From an uncultured Magnetococcales bacterium (lineage in GTDB: Bacteria; Pseudomonadota; Magnetococcia; Magnetococcales; CAYFNE01), in assembly GCA_964344355.1 (NCBI GenBank), contig CAYFNE010000016.1, positions 4,344 through 68,343 on the forward strand: a stretch of 64,000 nucleotides of DNA, written 5' to 3'. The translations under genes were made by a program, and so were the position numbers. The notes below the pieces were generated by a model. It made no database searches and was not told the DNA's origin. It was given only the letters and a program-made list of their open reading frames with translations. Of this stretch, positions 8,341 to 17,006 are shown in pieces. Each line of letters opens with the position of its first letter. Within the stretch, counting starts at the first letter, position 1.

Positions 8341-9813
8341 ATGACGCCTCCAAAGAGTTTTCAGGATGTCGCGTTCCACTCGGGACAAAGTGTCCCAGCC
8401 AATCCGGACGGTCATCCCCTGACCTCCAGCACCGTCCTGAAACAGTGTTTGCGGGCCATTGGCGACAACATTCGCGAAGCCATTATGATCGTTGATGAAA
8501 ATTTGGTGTTACGGCAGGTGAACCCCGCCGCCGCCCGTTTGTGCCATCTGCCCGGAGGTCTGTTGGGACACTCCTTGAAGAAACAGTCCAGGGGCTGTTT
8601 CCCGAAGATCGTCGGCATCCTCTCCCGGGTGATCAACGAGGGGGCGTCGGTGCCCGAGGCGTTGTTGGTCTGTCCGGTCCCGGATTCGGAGCCGGAGATG
8701 GAGACGAAAGGGAAGGGAAAAAAGAAAAAACACCGGGATGAAACACACAACCTGGAGGTCCGCGTCCTCGCCACGCCGCTCCTGGGCAGCAACGGTCACT
8801 GTGTCGGCGCGTTGTTGGTGGTACGGGAGCACACCTTGAAAACCACCATGGCCCAATCTGGCAGGGGCCGCAACCGGTTTCACCGTATGATCGGCGCCAC
8901 CGCGCGCATGCGCGAGATCTATGCCTTGATCGAAGCGTTGTCGAAGATGGAAACGACGGTCTTGATCACCGGGGAGTCCGGCACCGGCAAGGAGCTGGTG
9001 GCCGAGGCGTTGCACAATGAGAGCACCCGCAGCCATGGTCCCCTGGTCAAGGTCAACTGTTCGGCCCTGTCGGAGACCATCCTGGAGAGCGAACTGTTCG
9101 GCCATGTGAAAGGGGCCTTCACCGGCGCCATCCGTGATCGGGTGGGACGTTTTCAAATGGCCGACAAGGGCACCATTTTTCTCGATGAAATCGGCGATAC
9201 CAGCCTCAACATGCAAACCCGGTTGTTGCGCACCATCCAGGAAAAGGAGCTGGAGCGGGTCGGTGACTCCCGTACCGTCAAGGTGGATGTACGCATCGTC
9301 ACCGCCACCAACCGGGACCTCAAGGAAAAGGTCAAGAGCAACCGGTTCCGCGAAGACCTCTTTTTTCGCCTCAAGGTGGTGGAGATCCACCTGCCACCGC
9401 TACGCGACCGGCGGTCGGACATCCCGTTGCTGATCGCCCATTTCATCCAAAAATTCAATACGAAATATGATAAGCACATTGCCGATGTGGCGCACAATGC
9501 CATGGAGTTGTTGATGCACCACAGCTGGCCGGGCAATGTGCGCGAGCTGGAAAACGTGATGGAGCACGCCTTCGTGCTCTGCCGGCAAAACCAGATCCGC
9601 GTCCGGCATCTGCCCAAAGACATGCTCAAGGCCCGTCCCTGCGCCGACCCGCATCCACCCCCCCCGCCGCCGCCACCGACGGCCAACTCCGAGGAGGAGT
9701 CGATCCGCCGCGCCCTGGAGACCGCCCACTGGAAGAAAAAAAAGGCCGCCAAACTGCTGGGGATCAGCCGCAGTACTTTTTATCGGAAGCTGGAAAAGTA
9801 TGGAATCACCTGA
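8341..9813 (+). CDS. Sigma-54-dependent transcriptional activator (PAS-like sensor + AAA+ + Fis-type HTH)
   Basis: It has Walker A GESGTGKE, the GAFTGA sigma-54 contact motif and a C-terminal HTH (KAAKLLGISRSTFYRKLEKYGI). ATG 8341 was chosen; the track starts at TTG 8320. The linker contains a P8 tract. Confidence 0.9.
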   Translation: MTPPKSFQDVAFHSGQSVPANPDGHPLTSSTVLKQCLRAIGDNIREAIMIVDENLVLRQVNPAAARLCHLPGGLLGHSLKKQSRGCFPKIVGILSRVINEGASVPEALLVCPVPDSEPEMETKGKGKKKKHRDETHNLEVRVLATPLLGSNGHCVGALLVVREHTLKTTMAQSGRGRNRFHRMIGATARMREIYALIEALSKMETTVLITGESGTGKELVAEALHNESTRSHGPLVKVNCSALSETILESELFGHVKGAFTGAIRDRVGRFQMADKGTIFLDEIGDTSLNMQTRLLRTIQEKELERVGDSRTVKVDVRIVTATNRDLKEKVKSNRFREDLFFRLKVVEIHLPPLRDRRSDIPLLIAHFIQKFNTKYDKHIADVAHNAMELLMHHSWPGNVRELENVMEHAFVLCRQNQIRVRHLPKDMLKARPCADPHPPPPPPPPTANSEEESIRRALETAHWKKKKAAKLLGISRSTFYRKLEKYGIT

Positions 9814-10078
9814 ACCGGGAAGCGCCGTTTTTCCGGGGTCGGGCTGCCCGGGTGTTAAGGAAACAAAGACCGTTCCCATTCCCGCCACTCCCGGTTATCC
9901 TGGATCATCCGGCGGGCGGTCCCCATTTGCATCGGGTTTCCCCAGCCGACCGACTGGAGGGGATTTTTTCAATTTTTTTTAGATCGTTTCATCTTGTTCC
10001 AGATGAACCATGTGTGGAGCGGGTCCCATTGCGTGGCTCGCCTAGCACGCCATTTCAAACCATGAGGAAGATCCGACC

Positions 10079-11116
10079 ATGAGGAAAAACCTGATCGCTG
10101 TTTCCCTGCTGGCCCTGACCTTGACCTTTGCCGGGGCGGCCAGCGCCGGAGAGAGATCCCGTTCGCAAAACCCGTTCACCGAACAGGAGTTTTCCAAGTT
10201 TCTCGATGATTACTCCGGCGTCACCGCCTGGTTGGCCGAGCAGGGCCGGGGCCGTAATCTGGTGCACAATCCCTGGATCCTGACCGGCATGCGCTACAGT
10301 CCGAAACTGGCCGCGCATCTCAAGGAGAAGGGTTGGGAGGTCGATCGTTTTTTCTATCTGCTCGATCACATCAACATGGGCCTGTTGACCAGCCGCGCCG
10401 ATGAAAACCGCAAAAAGGCCGAGGCGCGCCGGGCCGAACGGGAAAAGGAGATGGAAGCGCGCCTTTCCGAGGGACGCAAACGGGCCCGGGAGGGTCACGG
10501 TCGGATGAATGAGGCGATGCGCAAACAGATGGCCGCCAGCAACGCCCGCTATCAAAAACAACTGGCCGAACAGCGCGCCCGCATTCAAAACGATCCCTAT
10601 ATGAGCCCCCAGCAAAAAAGCCAGATCCTGGCACAGATGACCCGCACCAACAAACAGATGTCGGCCGCCAACGAGGGTTCGGTCGGTCCGCAGGAGATGC
10701 GCGCCCGCATGGAAAAACAGCAACAGCAGTGGCTGGCGGCGCAACAACGCATGATCCGCAACAACCCCTACATGTCCCCCTACCAGAGACAGATGGCCCT
10801 GGCCGGCCTGCAGGCGCCCAAAATGCCCAAACCGCCCGCCAAACCGGACATGAGCGGCGAAAAAATGCGCGCCCGGGCCCTGAAGGAGCACCAACGGTTG
10901 ATGGCCGAACATCGCCAGCGCATCAGCAACAACCCCTATTTCACCCCCCAGCAGAAAAAACAGATGTTGGCGCAGTTGCAAGAGGTCACCGAACGCATGG
11001 AAAGCGACATGAAACGACCTGCCTCCAGCCAAGGCGGCCTGCTGCCCGACAACGAAATGGCCCTGATCAAGGAAAACCGCAAAAAGCTGCTGGGGATCTT
11101 TTTCCCGGAAAAATGA
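10079..11116 (+). CDS. Secreted Gln/Lys/Arg-rich protein with three NNPY(M/F)(S/T)PxQ(K/R) repeats
   Basis: 345-aa ORF with a signal peptide (AVSLLALTLTFAGAASA). It has three spaced repeats: RIQNDPYMSPQQKSQILAQM, MIRNNPYMSPYQRQMALAGL and RISNNPYFTPQQKKQMLAQL. Confidence 0.7.
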   Translation: MRKNLIAVSLLALTLTFAGAASAGERSRSQNPFTEQEFSKFLDDYSGVTAWLAEQGRGRNLVHNPWILTGMRYSPKLAAHLKEKGWEVDRFFYLLDHINMGLLTSRADENRKKAEARRAEREKEMEARLSEGRKRAREGHGRMNEAMRKQMAASNARYQKQLAEQRARIQNDPYMSPQQKSQILAQMTRTNKQMSAANEGSVGPQEMRARMEKQQQQWLAAQQRMIRNNPYMSPYQRQMALAGLQAPKMPKPPAKPDMSGEKMRARALKEHQRLMAEHRQRISNNPYFTPQQKKQMLAQLQEVTERMESDMKRPASSQGGLLPDNEMALIKENRKKLLGIFFPEK

Positions 11117-11163
11117 GTTGTTGAACGGTCGTTGAGGCCGTCGTACCAAGGCGGCCCGGCACC

Positions 11164-11206
11164 AAAAAGCCGGAACGGCTCCCGAGGGGGCGGTTCCGGC
11201 TTTTTG
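11164..11206 (+). terminator. Rho-independent (possibly bidirectional) terminator
   Basis: The sequence is AAAAAGCCGGAACGGCTCCCGAGGGGGCGGTTCCGGCTTTTTGGG. A GC-rich stem (GCCGGAAC/GTTCCGGC plus inner pairs) is flanked by an A-run and a T-run, 50 nt after the stop at 11116. Confidence 0.65.
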
Positions 11207-11297
11207 GGTATCGGGGTGGGTGTCCGCGGAAGGTGTCAATGAACATGATACCGTTTCAATTTAACAATGGCCTGATGTCAGCGACCTGTTCCGACGA

Positions 11298-11520
11298 CGG
11301 GCAAAGCGAATGCCTTGTTGCGCAACAACCGCGCAACAAGGCATTCCGAGGCTCGCCGGTAAAAACGCCGGCGACTGTCTGATGCGCGTTTGCGCGCCTT
11401 TTGCTGAGAAACGCAAAAGGCGCTATTGTGAAAAACGCGCAAATTCAAAGTCAAAATCAAAGTCAAAAGCGTGGGCGCTGCCCACACCCGCCAGGAGGCC
11501 AACCCCGTGGACCCCAATTA
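11298..11520. repeat. Multi-hairpin intergenic repeat element, copy A
   Basis: Homologous in the same orientation to 56638-56874. Hairpins are at 11308-11346 (16-bp stem), 11353-11374 (7 bp) and 11394-11423 (11 bp). These are followed by a (TCAAAG/TCAAAA)x4 microsatellite and a conserved GTGGGCGCTGCCCACACCCGCCAGG..GGACCCCAATT tail. Confidence 0.8.
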
Positions 11521-11698
11521 ATGAAAGTAAAACAATTTTTTCAGCTTCCAGAATGCTTTCTATCCATTAGGACATCTTTCCATCGCAACGGTATGAGACA
11601 CGAGCCAGCCGGAAAGGAAACCGACGAAACCAACCATTTGGTGAGGCAGGGGGGGGCAATTTCTCAGGTCGCCCGACACCGGCCTGCCATCCTTCGAA

Positions 11699-12592
11699 TC
11701 AAGGACCGGCCACGAAGCCGGTTTTTATGAGGATTTCCCGGCCCTTGGGACTCATGATCCAGTCGAGATATTTTTTGACCATGCCTTTGGGGGCGCCCAG
11801 GGTATACATGTAGAGGGGCCGGGACATGGGATAGGAGTGGTCGAGGGTGAAGGCGGCGGTGGGGGGGACGCAGGGACCCTTGTCGATGCCGCCGCCGAAC
11901 AGACAGAGGGTTTTGACCCAGCCGGTGGCGAAGGCCATGCCCGTATAGCCGATGGCGCACGGTTCCCCGGCCACCCGGTCCACCACCTGCTCGGAGGCGT
12001 CCAGGGTCTCCATCTGGGAATGAAAACGACGCCGTTTGCCAAAAATGGCGTGTTGAAAAAAGGTGTAGGTTCCGGACTTGTTTTTGCGGCTGACGCGGAG
12101 AATTTTCTGGTCCTCGCAGCCGGGTACCGTCACTCCCAGGTCGGTCCAGCGGTCGATGTGGCCCTTTTTGCCATAGATCTCCGCCAATTGCCTTAAAGAG
12201 ACGCCGTGCAGGGGGTTGTTGCGATGCACCAGCATCGTCACCGCATCCAGTCCGACGACATGGGAGACCGGTTTCAGGCCGGACCGTTTGGCGATCAACC
12301 GGGCCTCGCGTTTTTTCAGCGAGCGGCTGGTATTGGCGATTTCGATGTGGCCGTTGATCAGGGCGGCGATGCCGTTGCCGGAGCCGCCGCCACCGACCTC
12401 CACCCGTACATCCGCCACCTCCTTCTGGAAAGCCCGCGCCCAGAGGGTGGCCACCCGTGCCAGGGTGTCGGAACCCTTGGTGCGGATCACCTTTTCCCGG
12501 GCCCGGGCGCTGCCGGCCCCCATGGTCGATCCCAGCAGCGGGATCAGGCAACACAGTAGGACAACGAAGAGAGAGTTGCGGTTCGATTTCAT
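11699..12592 (-). CDS. PstS-family (phosphate/oxyanion) periplasmic substrate-binding protein
   Basis: 297-aa ORF with a signal peptide. It shows type-2 PBP features typical of PstS-like proteins (IRTKGSDTL..., GGGGSGNGIAALINGHIEIANTSR). Its ATG overlaps the stop of the upstream ATPase (ATGA, 12589-12592). Confidence 0.75.
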   Translation of the reverse strand: MKSNRNSLFVVLLCCLIPLLGSTMGAGSARAREKVIRTKGSDTLARVATLWARAFQKEVADVRVEVGGGGSGNGIAALINGHIEIANTSRSLKKREARLIAKRSGLKPVSHVVGLDAVTMLVHRNNPLHGVSLRQLAEIYGKKGHIDRWTDLGVTVPGCEDQKILRVSRKNKSGTYTFFQHAIFGKRRRFHSQMETLDASEQVVDRVAGEPCAIGYTGMAFATGWVKTLCLFGGGIDKGPCVPPTAAFTLDHSYPMSRPLYMYTLGAPKGMVKKYLDWIMSPKGREILIKTGFVAGP

Positions 12593-14868
12593 GCGGTGGC
12601 CGTCGACAGGACATCCCCATCCGGATCACAGACCAGCAACCGGTCCGATTCGGTGACGATATCGGGTTCGTAATCCTGGGCGATGACCCAGACCTGGGTG
12701 ATGCGTTCACTGATTTCGAGCAGGGCATCCAACGAGGCCCGCACCCGCTGGGCGTCATAAAAGGCGAACGGTTCATCCAAAATGATGAATTGATGGAAGT
12801 CCGCCGAGCCGGGCACCCCCGCCGCCGAACGCGCCGCCAGGGCCTGCGCCAGGGCCATGCGCACCGCCAGGATCAACTGTTGCCGCAAACCGGTGGATAT
12901 TTCTTCCACATCGACGAAATCATTCTTGACCGTGGAAAAGGCCGACACCCGCAATTCGTCATCGATACGCAAATGTTGATAACGCCCGGCGGTGAACAAC
13001 GGCGCCGAACGGGAGATGAAACGGCGCAACTCCTGTTTGAAGCGGGAAGAGATGATGCGATGGGTACCCCGGAGCAGGTCCAGGGCCGTCTCCCGCACCG
13101 CCAGGGCGTGCCGTTCACCGTTGCGCTCCTTTTCCAGATCGGCGATCTGGGCGCGCAGGGTTTGATCCTCCTGCCGGCGTATGCGTTCGTGTTCCATCTC
13201 CCGGTCGAGATCGGCGACGGTGGTTTCATGGCGCCGGCGGTTTTCGGCGATCTCCGCGAGTTGGCTGTTGATATCGGAATCGATCTCGGCCATCTCCTCG
13301 AGGAACGCCGCCAGTTCGCTTTGCAACTCCTGCAGCCAGGCGCTCAATGCCGACTCCTCCAGCAATGGGCGGCCAACCCCCTCCGACCAGTTCCGCAACG
13401 ATTCCGCCCATTCGGCGCTTTCCAGGCGCGACAGTCCCGCCACCAGCTTGGGCAGGGGTTGGGCCAGGGCGGCGGTGATGATTTCCACCTGCCGTTGATC
13501 GCCGGCGGCCCGTTCCAGCAGGGCCGACAGCCGCCCTTCATGGCCGGCCAGTTCCCGTCCCAGTTTGACCGCGCCGACGATGCCGTAAACCAGCAGACCG
13601 AAAAACAGCAGGACCAAAAACAGCAGGCCATGGACCATGGCCGGATGCCAGAAGGAGAGCGTGTTATCCAGGGCCACCGCCAGCCCGCCATCGGGATTGA
13701 ACTGCACCAGTGCCCAGGGAATGACGCTGAAACAGAAAAAAAACAGGCTCAGACCGATCCACCAGCGGTTTTTCAGCCGCCGTTGATCGAGGAGATCGAT
13801 CTCCCGGTCGATGGCGGCCCGGGCGGCCGGCAGGGTATCGCCACCGGCGGCGGTGGCCGCCTCCGGATCGGCGGTTCCGGTCTCCGCCCCCAGCCACCGT
13901 TGCAAACGCCGCCGTTGGGCGGTGGCGGCATCGATGATGGTGGTGAGCGCCGTCAACCGCTGCTGAAAATCCCGCAACCAGGCCCGGGGGGCGTCGGAGG
14001 GATCCGACTCCATCTCCACCTCGTTGCGCTGGCAAACCTCCTTCACCCCTTCCAGGGCCTGCTCCAACTGCTCGCCGCGCACCTGCCAACCGTCGCGGTT
14101 GGTCTCCAGACCACTCTCCGACTGCCGGCTGACGGCCCGTTCGACATTTTTGCCGGTGGCCGACAGATCACGGGCGAAATGGCGCCACCGATCGCGGTTG
14201 GCATCACAATCGATGATCGCCTCGGCCGCGGCGTCCCGGCGCCCCTGCAGCTCCGGCAGGACGCTCTCCTCGACATCGAGGAGGGCCAGGCGGTCCAGGA
14301 GCTCTTCGGCCTTGGCCTCGGCGGCGGCGATGGTGCGCCTGGTGGAGACGATCTCCTCTTCCATCTCGGCGATCAGGGTCTCCACCGGCGTCACACCGGC
14401 CAGGGTTTTGATGGTATCGGCCTGGGTATCGCCGCCGCCCCGTCCCTGATTGAGATAGAGGGCGTCGACGAACGATTGAAAATCATAGCCGGTCACCGCC
14501 ATCACCGCCCGGTTGACGGCCTTTTCGCCCTTGACCAGCGGTTTCTGCTCCAACCCCCGGGTCAAGGCGGCCTGACGGCTGCCCTCGGTATCGAAAAACC
14601 GTTGCACGGTATAGACCCGACCGTCCCGGCCGGTGAACGCCATGACCACCGACGCCCGGGTCTCCCCCCAACGCACCGCCTTGGCCAGGCGATCCGCCTC
14701 CAGGGCGACGGTGCGTCCGAACAGCGCCAGACAGAGGGTTTCGACGATGGCGGTCTTGCCGGATTCGTTGGATCCACTGATGAGGATCCGCCCCCGTTCC
14801 GGCAGATCGGTCAGATCGAGGCGGGAATATTTGAAGGTGTTTTCGGCTTGCAGACGGCGAATGATCAT
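12589..14868 (-). CDS. SMC/Rad50/YhaN-like ATPase with two central transmembrane helices
   Basis: It has N-terminal Walker A (ISGSNESGKTAIVETL) and long coiled-coil-type regions. A central hydrophobic hairpin reads WWIGLSLFFFCFSVIPWALV - about 22-aa loop - MVHGLLFLVLLFFGLLVYGIVGAV. The C-terminus has a signature-like ISTGLRQQLILAVRMAL and Walker B FIILDEPFAFYD. Start chosen at MIIRRLQ (14868), which overlaps the upstream stop as ATGA; the track ORF extends to 14919. Confidence 0.8.
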   Translation of the reverse strand: MIIRRLQAENTFKYSRLDLTDLPERGRILISGSNESGKTAIVETLCLALFGRTVALEADRLAKAVRWGETRASVVMAFTGRDGRVYTVQRFFDTEGSRQAALTRGLEQKPLVKGEKAVNRAVMAVTGYDFQSFVDALYLNQGRGGGDTQADTIKTLAGVTPVETLIAEMEEEIVSTRRTIAAAEAKAEELLDRLALLDVEESVLPELQGRRDAAAEAIIDCDANRDRWRHFARDLSATGKNVERAVSRQSESGLETNRDGWQVRGEQLEQALEGVKEVCQRNEVEMESDPSDAPRAWLRDFQQRLTALTTIIDAATAQRRRLQRWLGAETGTADPEAATAAGGDTLPAARAAIDREIDLLDQRRLKNRWWIGLSLFFFCFSVIPWALVQFNPDGGLAVALDNTLSFWHPAMVHGLLFLVLLFFGLLVYGIVGAVKLGRELAGHEGRLSALLERAAGDQRQVEIITAALAQPLPKLVAGLSRLESAEWAESLRNWSEGVGRPLLEESALSAWLQELQSELAAFLEEMAEIDSDINSQLAEIAENRRRHETTVADLDREMEHERIRRQEDQTLRAQIADLEKERNGERHALAVRETALDLLRGTHRIISSRFKQELRRFISRSAPLFTAGRYQHLRIDDELRVSAFSTVKNDFVDVEEISTGLRQQLILAVRMALAQALAARSAAGVPGSADFHQFIILDEPFAFYDAQRVRASLDALLEISERITQVWVIAQDYEPDIVTESDRLLVCDPDGDVLSTATA

Positions 14869-15086
14869 GGACCGCCCTCTCGATTGATCTCCTCCAGGGT
14901 GGGAACGGTGTCCACCCACAGGCGCGAGAGCACCAGTTCGACCGCTTCCCGGTGAAGATCGCCATCGAAATCCGGGTTGGTCTCCCGTTGCCGTTCCATC
15001 TCCTCGCGGCTGTAGGCGGCGAACACCTCACGGGGATCTTCCACCTGAAACCCTTTGATCGTCTCCGGCTCGCTTCGGGTTTTCAT
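14865..15086 (-). CDS. Small acidic hypothetical protein, translationally coupled to the SMC-like ATPase
   Basis: The 73-aa version MKTRSEPETIKGFQVEDPREVF...TLEEINREGGP has a GGGGG RBS-like run upstream. Its stop TGA overlaps the ATPase ATG. No family was recognised. Confidence 0.45.
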   Translation of the reverse strand: MKTRSEPETIKGFQVEDPREVFAAYSREEMERQRETNPDFDGDLHREAVELVLSRLWVDTVPTLEEINREGGP

Positions 15087-15190
15087 GCCTGCCCCCATTT
15101 TTTCACATTCCAACGGGAAACCGGCCCGGCCCCCTCCCCTGCCGGCACCGATCCCAACGACTGCCCCACCCCCCGTTTACCGGCCACCTG

Positions 15191-15322
15191 GAGGCGGTCG
15201 AAAAACCTTTCGACCGCCTCGTGCGGTCCATGGATGGACCGCCAAGAAACGCCGCTTTTCGAGAGCCCGGTTCGAATTCCCCTCGAACCGGGCGACGTCC
15301 ATAAACGCCACGGACGGCGTTT
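15191..15322. other. Array of four consecutive perfect hairpins/palindromes in a 580-bp non-coding gap
   Basis: The four are 15191-15220 (13-bp stem, GAGGCGGTCGAAA/TTTCGACCGCCTC), 15223-15242 (9 bp), 15266-15292 (10 bp, CCCGGTTCGA/TCGAACCGGG) and 15303-15322 (7 bp). The stem sequences are unrelated to each other and none is followed by a U-tract. Confidence 0.6.
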
Positions 15323-15695
15323 TCGGCAAACCCCTTATACCATCCGAAACGTTGCCGGAGCAATCGGGACCGAGTCACCCCCGGCCCATTCAAACCCGAA
15401 AGCGTCCCCGATCGCCCGTGCCGGAGACCGGAATCGCCACCAGGCCGGCCAGGATCAACCCCTTCCGGGTCACGAAATCCGCCGCCAGGATGTCATCAAT
15501 CGTTTTATTCCGATCATCATCCCCTCCGGGGCGGCGGCCAACCGATTTGGCAACCACCCCGCCGGCCTTGGTGCATTGCATTGATATTTTTGTTAGACGC
15601 ACAAAAATCACCACACGCCGCCCATGACGGCGGGCATGGCAATTTTCACCGTGTATGTTAGCATGTGCCGATCGGGATGGCTCCAAAACCAAGTG

Positions 15696-16979
15696 ATGAA
15701 CATGGCCGGCAGAATTTCCGGGGAAGATAAAACATTCCTGAAATCCATCAGCCTCCTCTATGTCGAAGATGAAGAGACGGTCCGCGGGGAGCTGTCCGAA
15801 TTTTTACGCCGTATCATCGGAACCCTTCACACCGCCGCCGATGGCCGCACCGGTCTGGAGATGTATTCCCGGGAACGACCGGAGGTGGTGGTGACCGATA
15901 TTTTGATGCCCCACATGGACGGATTGACCATGGCGCAGGAGATGCGCAATCGGGATCCCGACGTCCCCATCATCATCACCACCGCCTTCAACGATGAGAG
16001 TTATTTCATCAAGTCCATCGAGGTGGGTGTCGATCACTATGTACAAAAACCGATTCTCCCCAACCTGCTGGTGGAAGCCATTCTCAAGGCGGGACGGCTG
16101 CTGCGGGAAAAACGGCGCGCCGCCGCCGCCAACCGTTTCAGCCGTTTCGTCCTCGACACCTATCCCAACTTTCTCCTGGTGACCAATCGTACCGGGGTCG
16201 AATACATCAACCGGCCGTTCCTGAAATTTCTCGGTTATCCCACCCTGGAAGCCTTCATGGAGAACGGGCCGCCGCTGACTTCGGTCATCGTCGACCTGCC
16301 GGAGGGGGATTGGGTCGGCCATCTGCTTGATTTGCGGGAACGGGTGCCCATCGTCCATCTCCGCAGCGGCGGCGCCGACGGTCCGGGCAAAACCCTTGCC
16401 CACGCCCTGACCGTTTCCACCATTTTGGACCTGGGAAAATATATTTTTTCCTTCGCCAACATCGTCCAGATCGAAAACCGTATCAAAAATCTGGAAGAGA
16501 TGGCCTTCACCGACCCCCTGACCGGCGCCTGCAACCGCGCCAAACTGGGGGGGTTCCTCGACGCCGAAATCAGCCGCGCCAAACGCCACGGGATCTCCCT
16601 CTCGATCATCCTCCTGGACCTGGACCATTTCAAAAAAATCAACGACACCCATGGACATCAGGTCGGAGATGACGTACTCACCGCCCTGTCGGTATTGATC
16701 GCCAACCATATCCGCGCCTCGGACCTGGTGGCCCGCTGGGGCGGGGAGGAGTTCATGCTGGTGCTGCCGGAAGTCGATCTGCCGGGAGCGGTGCAAGTGG
16801 CGGAAAAACTGCGTCTCCTGATCGAGAAAACCCCCTTTCCCGAGGCCGGGCACATCACCAGCAGTTTCGGCGTCGCCCAGTTTCTGGCCGACGACAGCAG
16901 CCGTTCCCTGACCGAACGGGCGGACCTGGCCCTCTATGCCGCCAAAAACAAGGGCCGCAACCGGGTGGTCAGCCGTTGA
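15696..16979 (+). CDS. Response regulator receiver + PAS-like + GGDEF diguanylate cyclase
   Basis: REC motifs are present (LLYVEDEE.., VVVTDILMPHMDG, TAF..KP). The C-terminal GGDEF domain has GGEEF and RxxD-type context. Start chosen at ATG 15696; the track starts at 15624. Confidence 0.85.
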   Translation: MNMAGRISGEDKTFLKSISLLYVEDEETVRGELSEFLRRIIGTLHTAADGRTGLEMYSRERPEVVVTDILMPHMDGLTMAQEMRNRDPDVPIIITTAFNDESYFIKSIEVGVDHYVQKPILPNLLVEAILKAGRLLREKRRAAAANRFSRFVLDTYPNFLLVTNRTGVEYINRPFLKFLGYPTLEAFMENGPPLTSVIVDLPEGDWVGHLLDLRERVPIVHLRSGGADGPGKTLAHALTVSTILDLGKYIFSFANIVQIENRIKNLEEMAFTDPLTGACNRAKLGGFLDAEISRAKRHGISLSIILLDLDHFKKINDTHGHQVGDDVLTALSVLIANHIRASDLVARWGGEEFMLVLPEVDLPGAVQVAEKLRLLIEKTPFPEAGHITSSFGVAQFLADDSSRSLTERADLALYAAKNKGRNRVVSR

Positions 16980-17006
16980 CCATCCGTTTGATGAACGGAC
17001 GTACTC

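Noticed and set aside
9658-9665. C8 run within the sigma-54 activator gene (encoding part of a P8 tract), checked as a third homopolymer frameshift
   Set aside because: The reading frame is intact across the run and the downstream HTH is in frame. It is only worth re-checking in raw reads, given the two other homopolymer breaks.
11443-11468. Short tandem hexamer repeats (TCAAAG/TCAAAA), considered as a CRISPR or minisatellite
   Set aside because: There are only about 4 contiguous 6-nt units with no spacers, and they are part of the larger repeat element. This is not a CRISPR array.
11278-11517. 79-aa minus-strand ORF (with its counterpart inside 56416..56862) sharing MGSxGLAxWRVWAAPTxLTLIL, possibly a conserved small protein
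   Set aside because: The similarity is at DNA level and extends beyond and out of frame with the ORFs. Base changes in the hairpin stems are compensated, pointing to selection on structure rather than on a protein. The LTLILTL segment is simply the translated TCAAAG/TCAAAA microsatellite.
12457-14955. 832-aa + strand ORF
   Set aside because: It is antisense to the SMC-like ATPase, which has Walker A/B motifs and TM helices. Its composition is Gly/Arg/Pro-rich.
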